Origin: Naegleria gruberi
Taxonomy: Eukaryota
Assembly (NCBI GenBank): GCA_000004985.1
Contig: GG738855.1
DNA: 64,000 nt
Strand: one strand, 5' to 3'
Shown here: piece by piece, positions 20,519 through 31,328 of the stretch
How the letters are laid out: every line of letters begins with the position of its first letter
Numbering within the stretch: position 1 is the stretch's first letter
The notes under the pieces: generated by a model
The model's input: only the letters and a program-made list of their open reading frames with translations
Databases searched by the model: none
Told to the model about the DNA's origin: nothing
Position numbers and translations under genes: made by a program

Positions 20519-22004
20519 TTACATGATAGTACAACAACCCTTTTTACCTCCACCTTCACAGTTGGCAAGCTTCTTTTCTAATTCCTCAATTCTAGCCTTC
20601 AGCTTCTTTTCGTTTTCTAAAAGCTCAGCAATCTTTTCTAACCTTGGATCTCCTCTAGAAACTCTGAGTTTGTTCTTAATTTGCTTGGCTCTATCAGAAA
20701 AGTAGAGAGTGCTCAAGGTCTCTTCACTATTTACATCTGCTGAAGAAACACATGATATCATTACACAAAATGCATTACCTCCAATGGAATCTTTCAATAA
20801 CCGAGTCAGGATTGAATTTCTGTATGGTACAAAGTTTGTTTTCTTCACAAGGGCATTAATGACATTACCCAAGTTGGATAAACTGAGATTGATATTTGCT
20901 CCTTCCTTCAACCGGTCTCCTGTAGCTTCTGTTGATGAGGCTCTTTCACTACCAGCAAGATCGACCAGTGAAATCTTGTTGGATCTCAAACTGAGACCAT
21001 CTTCATCACCTTTATCAACTTGATCCATGTAAATTGTCAGAACAGCGTGAGATCTTGAGGAGAATTGATTCATTTTGGTTTCGCCAACAGTTCTCCTACT
21101 AGCTCCTTCATCCAACAACTCGTTCAATTCCTCTTCACTTCCGATTGGCCTTTCAATGAGATTTGTAACAATAATTCCCTTCACCTTATCTTCTCTAACA
21201 TCATATTTTAACTTTTCAGTTCTATTGTGGAGAAGATCGTGAATATTTTCATTATAAATTTCAATATATGAAGCCTTAATGGTAATATCCGTTTTCTTTT
21301 GTTCCTTTCTCACATATTCAAAGAGCTCTCTCACAAAACGAGTCATTATTCCTTGTTGTTGTTGATCTCCTTTCACACCTTCCATTGTGTAGGTTTTTCC
21401 ACTTGATGTTTGACCGTATGCAAAGATACAAGCCTGAATTCAAATACAACCTTAATGAAAAGATTAGTCTTTAAAAACATACATTATATCCCAATATAAA
21501 TCTCTCCAAACACATTGCTCCTGTAGCTTTATAAATTTCAGTTTGAGCAGAAGTTTCATCAAAAACTCCATCAAAGAAAAATTCCTTATCTTCCTTATCC
21601 TTTCTCACCAGTTTGATTTTTCCTTCCGATTTGCCTATCGATAAGCAAGAACTACTCTTGAGAGATAATTCTCTCTGATTCAATGGTCTTGATCTCACCA
21701 CAACTTTAATATTAGTCTCGTCAACTGCTGACACCATCGTATTGATAGCTTCTAAAGCAACTTGTTGTGACTTTTCTTCCTCCTTCCTAGGCGAAACAAT
21801 AATGGTTGTGGTACCAGCACTCAATTTTGAATTATCCTTCTTTTCATTATTTGTTGATGAAATTGCCGATCCAGGAGCACTTCCTGCCTTCTTCTTCTCT
21901 ACTGCAGTGGTTGTAGCAGTAGCAGTGGAGGGACTCTTTGCTGCTTTAGGATTTTTGTTATTAGTATTAGCAGCAGGCGCATTTGTTCCTTTTGATGCAA
22001 CCAT
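20519..22004 (-). CDS. Kinesin motor protein (479 aa) with C-terminal CaaX-like motif CTIM
   Basis: Exons complement(21483..22004) and complement(20519..21433). Intron 21434..21482 is GTATGT...TTCAG. Motor motifs IKVVVRSRPLNQRE, P-loop GQTSSGKTYTM (spans the splice), switch I NQFSSRSHAVLTIY, switch II LVDLAGSER. Neck coiled coil follows. The protein ends ...GGGKKGCCTIM*. Confidence 0.8.
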
Positions 22005-22437
22005 TTTTTTTAAAGAATTTTTTGAGGTCAGTTAAGGTCGGTTGAGGTGGTTATTGTTTGGCGTAGGTGTTTTTGGAAAAATTTAAAGTTCCTTAAAGAT
22101 ATGTGAAGAATAGGAGAATTGGAAGGAAATTTGAAATACATATATGAATGGGCCAAACCTCTTATAGTTGATTAAGAATAAGTATTCATTGCATGATATC
22201 AAATGTAATGTTGAACATTCAACTCAGATACTCTCAATTAATGTCATTTCTCCAAATCCAAGTATCACTGTGAAACCAGTAGCCCATTTTACAATAAATT
22301 CAATATTGAAATTAATCTTACAACAGTAACATGAAAATCAATGAGCGCGCGATACTACATTTGCGGTGGTTGTTTCAATCAAAACACAGATTTTTTCTTG
22401 AATTTTTAAAAAATACAAAAAAATCAATTTCATCATC

Positions 22438-24483
22438 ATGCACAACAATAAAACATTTGCCTGTTGTTGTGCAACTCTCTTGGTGGTGCTATTGAGCATT
22501 TTGATGATCTCATCGAGGGATGCTCTCGTATTTGGAAAGTTTATCATCAACAACAAAAAAGTAATGCCAACCATTACTTTTGAAGAGTTGAAAAAGTTAT
22601 TGCCAAAGGAAGATTTGAGCAAGTTGAAGGCCGAAGCCTTGATTAATACAGTATCTATTTATTGTTCATCATCAGCATCATCAACAAGTAAATATTATTT
22701 GAAGGAAACATCGACATCATTTACCTATACATTTGGTAATTATGATTTTGATAAAGCCATCGCTGTTGGTATTCTCTATGATGGTTATTCACCAGTTTTG
22801 AATAATCAAACTGATGCTGTTGATGGTTGGATGCGTTTGTGGGTCTCTACCTTCACCAATGTTAATAGAGAATCAAGTGGTGTTGATGCTTGTTATAAAT
22901 CGGAAATTAACAGACAATATGCTGCTGGTATGGTTGAAGGTTTATTGACACAACCACAAATTTACAACTTTTTCCAAAATCAATATAGTAATTGGAAGTT
23001 TGCAAAGAATAATGTGGATTTGAAGGCCAAGTTTGGTGACAATAATGAATGGGTCAAGTCACACGAAAGATTCAGGTCATCTCAACAACAAGGAAGAAAT
23101 AGTTCTAATTATTATTTCCCATCTGCATTGGTTGCCTACATGCAAGACAATTACAATTGGTTGAATCAACAAGTTGCTTCCAATCCAACATCTAATTATT
23201 GGAAACAAGTTGGTGGAACTTTGACTCAATTCAATGGTCTTGTTCAAGGTTATACTATTCGTGCCGAACAAGAAAAGAATGAAGTTTATGGAAGTTTGAA
23301 TTGGTTGGATTTATACTTTTTACAAGCTGCAGGTGATATGGAAACTTTGGAAACAGCTATTAAGGATCCATCAACCACTACCAGATCCAGAAATAATAAT
23401 AATAATAATGGAATTGTTCTCCCAGATGAAGAAACCATGACTGATTGTAGTGCTCTCATTAAGATTACACCAGATTGCCTTAACCTTTTCGCAGGACATA
23501 CAACATGGAGAGGATACAACATTATCAACAAGATGTACAAGGTCTATAGTTTATTGTTGAACAATGTTGCCTCAAAGACTGTATCATTTGCTTCATCTCC
23601 AAGCTTTTTGAGTAGTAAGGATGATTTCTATGTCACTGAAAATGGTCTCGTCACTATGGAAACAACCAATGATGTTTTCAATGAAACCCTCTTCCAATAT
23701 ATTACACCAAAGAGTGTCTTGTGTTGGGTTCGTTCCATTGTTGCCAACAGACTTGCTACAACCTCTAAGGAATGGGTCTACTATTTTGGACTCTACAATT
23801 CTGGTACTTATAACAATCAATGGATGGCTTTGGATTACAAGAACTTTAAACCTGGAGTATGTCATTTGCCAAAGGATTCTTTCTGGATTTTGGAACAAAT
23901 TCCTGGATCCGTCATGACTAGAGATGTTACTGATGTTTTGAATAAGCAATCCTTCTGGAGCTCTTTTAATATTCCTTATTTTGAACATATTTATAACATT
24001 TCAGGATATCAACAAGCCAAGCAAAAGTTTGGTAATGATTATGATTATAATTTGTGTTCTAGAGCTCTCATTTTCAAGAGAGAACAAGCCAAGATTGGAG
24101 CTGATAGATCTAAACCAGTTGATTATAAGGATTTCGGTAGAGTTTTACAATTCAATGAATGGAAGACTGATCCATACAGTTTAGGCGATCCTAGCAAAGC
24201 TGTCTCATCTAGATATGATTTGAGAGATCTAAGATTCGCTGCCTTTGGTGGTATTGATACTAAGGTTACTGACTATGTCAAGAATTTGAAACACACTTCC
24301 ATGTGGGGTATTTGTGGTCCTACCCATCAAGACGAATCTCAAACTCCACCATTCACTTGGACTGATAAATTCAAGGCCACCCATTTGGGCCAACCTCAAA
24401 CTTATAATTTCGATTGGGTTGATTTGGAAGATGTTGACTCCTTCTATTCCTCTCTTTCACAAAAATCTAAAAGAAGAAATTAA
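22438..24483 (+). CDS. Phospholipase B-like (PLBD/LAMA-like Ntn-hydrolase) secreted protein
   Basis: Signal peptide present. Ntn autocleavage/nucleophile motif DCSALIKI. Motif YNNQWMALDYKNFKPG (PLB-like NQWM.DYK). Length 681 aa. Confidence 0.7.
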   Translation: MHNNKTFACCCATLLVVLLSILMISSRDALVFGKFIINNKKVMPTITFEELKKLLPKEDLSKLKAEALINTVSIYCSSSASSTSKYYLKETSTSFTYTFGNYDFDKAIAVGILYDGYSPVLNNQTDAVDGWMRLWVSTFTNVNRESSGVDACYKSEINRQYAAGMVEGLLTQPQIYNFFQNQYSNWKFAKNNVDLKAKFGDNNEWVKSHERFRSSQQQGRNSSNYYFPSALVAYMQDNYNWLNQQVASNPTSNYWKQVGGTLTQFNGLVQGYTIRAEQEKNEVYGSLNWLDLYFLQAAGDMETLETAIKDPSTTTRSRNNNNNNGIVLPDEETMTDCSALIKITPDCLNLFAGHTTWRGYNIINKMYKVYSLLLNNVASKTVSFASSPSFLSSKDDFYVTENGLVTMETTNDVFNETLFQYITPKSVLCWVRSIVANRLATTSKEWVYYFGLYNSGTYNNQWMALDYKNFKPGVCHLPKDSFWILEQIPGSVMTRDVTDVLNKQSFWSSFNIPYFEHIYNISGYQQAKQKFGNDYDYNLCSRALIFKREQAKIGADRSKPVDYKDFGRVLQFNEWKTDPYSLGDPSKAVSSRYDLRDLRFAAFGGIDTKVTDYVKNLKHTSMWGICGPTHQDESQTPPFTWTDKFKATHLGQPQTYNFDWVDLEDVDSFYSSLSQKSKRRN

Positions 24484-24680
24484 ACTGCCAAAAATCAATA
24501 AATATTTATTGAACCTGTACAGATTTTCTCTTGATTTTCACCTTCTCCAACTCATTGAACCAACACTTTCACTTTTTCACACCCACTCAACCAATTCATT
24601 TCAACACACACAATGTTAACTATTTAACTCGACGCTAAAAAGAATCACACATTGAAAAATATCTTTGAAATTAAAAAAAA

Positions 24681-25889
24681 ATGCCAAACACGCGCCACCA
24701 TCACGTAATTTCCAAATATTTATTTACTCACTTTGAACGGAGAGATCTTTCGTTATTGATGAATGGTTATGTAAATTATCAACAAGATGATCAGATAAAT
24801 ACTCTTCCGTATGTAGCATCCATTCCGATTGATATATCGGAAGATGAAGGGTTGATGGGAGGTAAAATTGGTACATTGGTTGGATTATTTATTTTGAGTG
24901 TTGTATTTGGTATATTGCCATATATTGTTCATCATTTATCTCAATTGGAAAGATTGAAAAAGTTAAAGAAGGCACTTCATATTGTTCAACTTATTTTCGG
25001 ATATTGTAATGCTATTGCTGCTGGTGCAATTTTGGGAAGTGGATTGACTCACTTGTTACCTGATAGTATTGAATGTTTTAATAATTATTTTGAATTGTAT
25101 AATCATCAGTTTGATAATTCAACATTGAGTTCAGTAGTTTTTGGTGATTCACCAACTACTAATGGTACATTTACTCCAATTTCGGATACAGTTGTTGATT
25201 ATCCTTGGTCAATGATGATTGCTGGTACTATTAGTTTGTTTTTGGTTGGTTTGGATAGAGTTTTCTCTGAACATTCACATGGATCTTCGAATAGTTATGG
25301 AGGACATTCTCACTCACATAAAGGAGAGGAAGACCATTTAATTGTAAATTCTGAGGAAAGACATGAAATGTACAGTGAATTGGAACATGAAGAAAATAAG
25401 GAACGTCACAAGTATTCCTTCCTTGTCAAATCATTGCTTTTTACATTTGCTATTTGTGTCCATTCAGTTTTTGAAGCATTTGCACTTGGGTTGGAGACAA
25501 ATACTGAATCATTTGTATCCTTGCTAGTTCCTATTGTAGCTCACAAGGGTTTCGAATCATTGACAACAGGATTCATTGTATTGAGATATACATTGTGTAA
25601 ATCATGGTTCCAGGTTCTTATTTTGATACAGGTTGCCATCTATGCATTGAGTACACCTATTGGAATGGGAATTGGTATGGCCATCAGCAGTGGCGATTTG
25701 TCCTTTTCTTACTATATGATTTCAGGTATTATTCAAAGTATTGCTTGTGGGTCTTTCCTTTTCATTGCTTGTTTCGAAATTATTCCAACAAGTTTGGAGG
25801 AAAATTTTGGATTGTGGGATAGAGCTTTGAAAATGTTCTTGATTTGTTTAGGATTTGGAGTCATGTGTATTTTGGCTGCCTTCTCATAA
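24681..25889 (+). CDS. ZIP (SLC39) family zinc/iron transporter
   Basis: Multiple TMs. His-rich loop HGSSNSYGGHSHSHKGEEDH. ZIP signature helices HSVFEAFALG and HKGFESLT. Confidence 0.8.
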   Translation: MPNTRHHHVISKYLFTHFERRDLSLLMNGYVNYQQDDQINTLPYVASIPIDISEDEGLMGGKIGTLVGLFILSVVFGILPYIVHHLSQLERLKKLKKALHIVQLIFGYCNAIAAGAILGSGLTHLLPDSIECFNNYFELYNHQFDNSTLSSVVFGDSPTTNGTFTPISDTVVDYPWSMMIAGTISLFLVGLDRVFSEHSHGSSNSYGGHSHSHKGEEDHLIVNSEERHEMYSELEHEENKERHKYSFLVKSLLFTFAICVHSVFEAFALGLETNTESFVSLLVPIVAHKGFESLTTGFIVLRYTLCKSWFQVLILIQVAIYALSTPIGMGIGMAISSGDLSFSYYMISGIIQSIACGSFLFIACFEIIPTSLEENFGLWDRALKMFLICLGFGVMCILAAFS

Positions 25890-25945
25890 ATCAATTTATT
25901 AGCTTTGAAATCTCGATTACTTGCATCCAAATTTCTAATCAAGCA

Positions 25946-28900
25946 TTATTGTTGTAACTGGTTTCGGATTGTGTTTGCTTCATAAGAAGAGATAATACTT
26001 CTTCCTCTAGTTTTCCTAGTTACTGCTTCCTCTTTTTGTTCGATACTTTGTGCAGAGGTCCTCATAAATTCATTCATTTCTTCATCGGTTGGCATTGGTT
26101 TCGTGTGGTGTTCATCATTCAGCAAGTAACATTTTGTCATTCCCTTTCCTTTCACTTCGATATTCCTCTCCTCAAAAACAAATCCCAAATCATGAACTCT
26201 CTCATAGGTTGATCTGGTTATCTGTATTCTTCCTGAAAGAGATGTTGATTCCATTCGAGAAGCTGTGTTAACTGCATCACCCCACAAATCGTAGGCAAAC
26301 TTTTTGGTTCCAATCACACCAGCCACAACTGACCCAGTATTGATACCAATGAATGTATCACCTCTCTTCAATCGTTGGGCAACTGATTCAGGTAAGATAT
26401 TCTTCAATAGATTTTCAGAGTGTTTCTTCTCGTCTTCCAACAGAGCTGCTGCCTTTTTTTCTGAGGTGATATCCTTTATGGTTAAAATAATTAGAACGCC
26501 CTTTCCTGATACCTTAACTGTGAAAAGATTGAGTTTTGTTGGGAATTTTGTTCCATTTTTTCTTAAACATTCGGATTCTAATGAATCATGACCTCCACTA
26601 TCATTTCCTGAAAACTCATTTACGAGGGCACTCACTGATTTTCTGACAGATTCTTTTGTTTTCCCTTCCTCGAATATGGAATAGAAGGAGGTTCCAAGGA
26701 TTTCCTGTGTTGCAAGACCAAGCATATTAAGGGCTGGTGTGTTGATTAGTTCCACTTCTCCTTCTGTATTGATGATTATTGAACCATCAACACTTGAATT
26801 AATTACAGAGCATACGCCCGAATAAGATCCTTGTCCTTCATCTGATTGCCTTTCTGATTTTAGACTAAACTTATTAGACAATGGATCTGAGAATAGATTG
26901 TAGAGTGCTAAATTCTTCAATCTCTCATTGTTTTCGAGAGTTTCAATAGGAATATAATTCAATAGCATCTTTGTGTAGTAATATTGATTAGAATTCGACC
27001 CCATAATTGAGAGAATCAATTTACAAAAAATTAAAGAAATACAAGTACCCAAAATAGTAAATAACAATACAGAAACATAACTGGATTTCTGAAGAAACTC
27101 TTGCAAATTCTTGCATAAATGATGCTAGTTTTAGAGAGAGAGGATATGACCTAGCTTGATTAGTGTAATGTTCAAAAAACAAGGTACTAATTTCTTGCAT
27201 TGTAAAGTTGGTTGACTGGTATTTGTAGAATTTCTTAGTTAACTCAGACACTTTGGATGAAGTTGAAACAAATTCAGACATCATATATTCGACACCAATA
27301 CAATAACTATAGTAATTTTGCACATTAAATGTAAAATTATTTGCTTGCAAATATTCAGTACAATTATCTGAAACTCCAAATTTCAATGTCTTGTCCATCG
27401 ATGGATAGATACCAACAAGAGGTGTATCGTATGCTAAATATTATGGAAATTATCAGTAATTAAATTGAGGTTGAAACTTACGAATATTAATATTACCAAA
27501 TATCAGATCCGTATAATTAGACGAAAGTCCATCAATTTGATCCAAAAGAATGTGGCTCAGCTCGTCAAATGTAGAACTAGTTCTTAAAAACGGATGGGCA
27601 ATGTTAGTAGCCCCAAAGTTGTTGGTATTTCCTAAACCATAAACGGATAAAAGTTCTGATAAGTAGTATCCACAAATTTGTACAAAATAAATTACTCTAG
27701 CTCCAGCTTGAATATTATAATAAGTTTTGAGTGCGCTTACTGCATTTCCATTAATTTCATTATAAAACATTCCCAAACAAAATGGGTTGACTAAAACCAA
27801 AACCATGACTGAAACTATGAGGGTGTACTTGGCTTTGGTAATTTTCGAAATCAAACTGGAATCAAGTGAAGAGTCAATAGATGATTGCTTGGAAAGTGAC
27901 TGATATATTCTAGCTATCTTGTCTCTTGGAGTCTCCTTCTTGATTGTTTTTACCAATCTTTTAAGGTAGTACTGTCTGTAAAGAACAGTAATAATGAAGC
28001 ACATAGCGATTGGCAACAATGCTAAACTACCAGCTACGAGATAGATTTGAAAATACGATAATAATGAAGTTGTGGATAATTGGCTAGAATCTACATAATT
28101 CGAACAAAATGCAGACAGAACATCAAATGCATTATCTCTGTTACTCCAATAATACATGAAACTATAGTCCTGTATAGAATTCATGAAAGTACCATTAATA
28201 ACAGACCTAACGAGCTGATCTCTTGTTGATTGAGAAATTGTTGTGGAGTTGGACAATAACAATAAATCATTGAGAGGAAAACTTTCTTGGATTCTTTCTA
28301 AGAAGCTTTTCAGATTATTGGTAAATTCATTGACTGATATTCTTCTTATTTGCACTGTACCTGAATAGTATCCATTGTCTCTAATCGTAGGAATTAATGC
28401 TGTGTGTTCTCCTGCACCGTAACTATTTATGAAATTAGCAAAAGAGCTCAATAAACTTACGCTGTATAGATAGGAGCATCAAAAACACCTTTTTGTGCAA
28501 GTAATATCAAATCGTGTAGAACATTCTTGTCATTTTCCATTCTATGAAGATAGTTTTGGATATATTCCTTTAGTAAGAGTTAGAGAATGTTATATTGGAG
28601 GGATACTACTTACCTGAAAGGTTTCTGTTGGGAGACTATCATATTCTGTCTTCCAATCACTTCCATAATTAATATAATAATTAATTGCACTTTGCATACT
28701 TCTGACATTTCTTATTACAGACATTCCAACTTCCTCAGTCAAACAAGCAGAATTCAAGTTTACAACACCAACTCTAATCGAAGATCCAATGTAAATAGCA
28801 AAAGAAGCGCCTCCTAAACCAACACTGAAAATGATCACAAAAATTAAAATAAACAGACTGTTTCTCAAACTTTCGTTTGGTTTGTTCCTAATTCCATTCC

Positions 28901-30833
28901 TGAACAATAGGTCCTTGTGCATTTCATGTTCTTCTTCTTCGTCTACCTCACTTACTGGTGCTTCAGAGAATAAATCAGATTCGGTAGGATCGAATGAAGT
29001 TGGTACTACTTGTGACTCTTTTCTAGGCCTTTTAGCACTCATGTACAAACCTCTTGCATCCTTTTCCAATCGATTGGCTTCTTCATAGAGGGTTTCAGAT
29101 TTCACCTTGTCAAACTGAAAAAGCTCAACGTACGTGGCATACAACCTGAGAATCTGTTTACTTCTCTTACTTCCCATTAATTCCTCAAACATTTGATTAC
29201 ATTCCACTGTAATCTCTGCAATCTTATTTGCAATCTTTTCAATGGTCGAGTATTGTGGTGATTCTTCAATAAGTTCCTTCCAAAAGTCTCTGTGGAGAGA
29301 CAGAAGCATATCCTGATTGTATTTCAATTCTTTGATGGTTCCATCGTCACCCAAATCAGAACTATTAATTGATGAGATATTTAGCCTATGCTCTTGCAAT
29401 TCTAATGATTTGTATAGGGAAATAGTTCTCATAAAAATATTCTTTGAATGTCTAACAATATGGTAGAGTATATCAATGGATTTGTCCAAATTGATGCTCT
29501 CATCTTCTTCTGCATGAGCTAACAGCATGGAAATGTAAAATAAACATTTAGGATCTCTGATATTCTTATTTATGAGCGTCTTGGCAGTAAGTAAATATAA
29601 TTCCCTTTCTGTCACATCTCCAGCAACAATTGCATGCTTTATTCTATGGTATTGACTAAAATAGAAGCTTAATTTAGAGAAATATCCTCTTCCATGATTC
29701 TCTTGCATAATATTTGTACAATTTACATCAACGCATGCAAGAATTGACTTTCTGTCAGATGATTTCAGATCAATCCCACTGAGTAGGGTTTTTCTGACTG
29801 AGTTGATTATCAAGCGCTGGTACAATTCCATCAAGATTATGAAAATAACAAAGAAAATGATTGCCAAGCCAAATGTCAAAGGCAGGCCAATTATTTGTAA
29901 ATAGAAATTATTTCCCTTCAGTATAGTAGAAACCAGTGAACCAATAGAAACGCCTGTTCTAGCACCTGCAACAGCAAATAATATTGAATTATCAACAGTA
30001 TTAAAACATGTCTTGAAATAGAATGTAACTGAAGCAAATATCAAGCTCATTACAATATTCAATGAATCTGAGATGATCTTGTATTCCAATGGAATTGAAA
30101 ATATGAGTAATACACCCATAAAGTTTACAATGTCAAGCGTCATAATATGAATGGGATAAGATGAGCAAAAAGGAACCCTATCATAAGTATTCATGTCACT
30201 AACAATCAATCTATTCAGGATTATTAATGCAAAGAGTATTGCCAAACATCCAATAGCTAATACAATTACTACCATGTTTCCAGAATCAATACAAGATACT
30301 TGATTGTACCTGTACAATAGTCGCTCCAATGTAGTTTCATTAATGAGATTCGAACAATTATAAAATCCCACCAGTATGTTTACGAAAAGAGGAGAAAGTA
30401 CAAGAAGTAAATTACCAAATATCCATAATCCTATTCTTACATATCTAATATTATCGAGTGCTTTCGTAACTACCCACACAGAGGCAATGCAAAGAACCAA
30501 ATTCATCATGACAAACATCATAACACCCAAACCTATTCCAATACTTGCATAATATCCCCACATGTCCACCAGCAATGTAATGGGGAAATTGATTATTGAA
30601 TATATTATATTCGAGTATAACTCTCCTACCTCTCCATTTCTAATCGAAGGAATAAACACAGAAATATACAGAAATAAGGAATGAAACAATAGAGTTGATA
30701 GATACCATTTCCATCCACGCTTTGAACCCTGTATCTTTACGGAAAGGAATGTGGAGAGAGTATTTTGGAGAGTCTTATTATTGAGGTTGGCTCTAATCAA
30801 ATTCTGACTAATCGAACTGCCAATATCAGTCAT
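25946..30833 (-). CDS. Large polytopic membrane protein with PAS domain and a truncated class III nucleotidyl-cyclase homology domain (multi-exon; one unresolved frame break)
   Basis: Minus-strand exons: complement(28614..30833) (~8 TM block plus cytoplasmic region plus TM), complement(28461..28567), complement(27482..28422), and complement(~27107..27433) which continues in another frame as ORF complement(25946..27106). Introns are GTAAGT...AG at 28568..28613, 28423..28460 and 27434..27481. The C-terminal part has TM, PAS (GSIIINTEGEVELINTPALNMLGLATQEILGTSFYSIFEEG...ILTIKDITSEKK) and cyclase motifs LLKNILPESVAQRLKRGDT|FIGINTGSVVAGVIGTKKFAYDLWGDAVNTASRMES. The ~90-aa segment with the FSDIVGFT/IGDAYM metal-binding aspartates is absent. 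The frame discontinuity at 27021..27106 has no plausible intron. Confidence 0.5.
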
Positions 30834-31328
30834 CCTTTTTTTTAATTTCCTACTCTGATGAATTGTAGATGATGAGAATATTAGAAAAATTCATTATATA
30901 ATTGGAGAGATTATAATTATTATGGATGATTATTGAATCTCTAGAAATATATATATTATGAAATAGAGATGGAGATGGAATAATTATAATTTAATAATAT
31001 TAGCTGTTACGTATGATGGTTAGTGCTGTTTTCCTAATTTTGATCGGATCGTAGCAGTAAAGTGCTCACTAGCCATCAAACATTTTTACATTTTTTTAAT
31101 TGTTATGTTTAACGAGAGAAGTGAATTGGTGGTGATATTATTTCCACGTTCCTGTTCAATTACAACAAGCAATGTTACATCATTCTAATCTAGAATTATA
31201 GTGATGATACTCGACTTCCACTATTGAAAACAAGTGAAAATTAAAAACTTTTTATAAATTTGTAAGTTTCTCTTAAATTTGTTCGATTTGACAAATTGTA
31301 AATGGAAATTAAAAGTTACAATTATATC

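Noticed and set aside
21386-21482. Kinesin ORF track end ...GYNVCF* and separate downstream ORF starting MEGVKG
   Set aside because: The stop comes from reading into a 49-nt intron. Splicing joins ...ILGYN to ACIFAYGQTSSGKTYTMEG and restores the P-loop, so this is a single gene.
28590-28613. C-terminal VSSIPPI* of ORF 28590..30833
   Set aside because: Read-through of a GTAAGT intron. The exon ends at 28614 (..TFQ).
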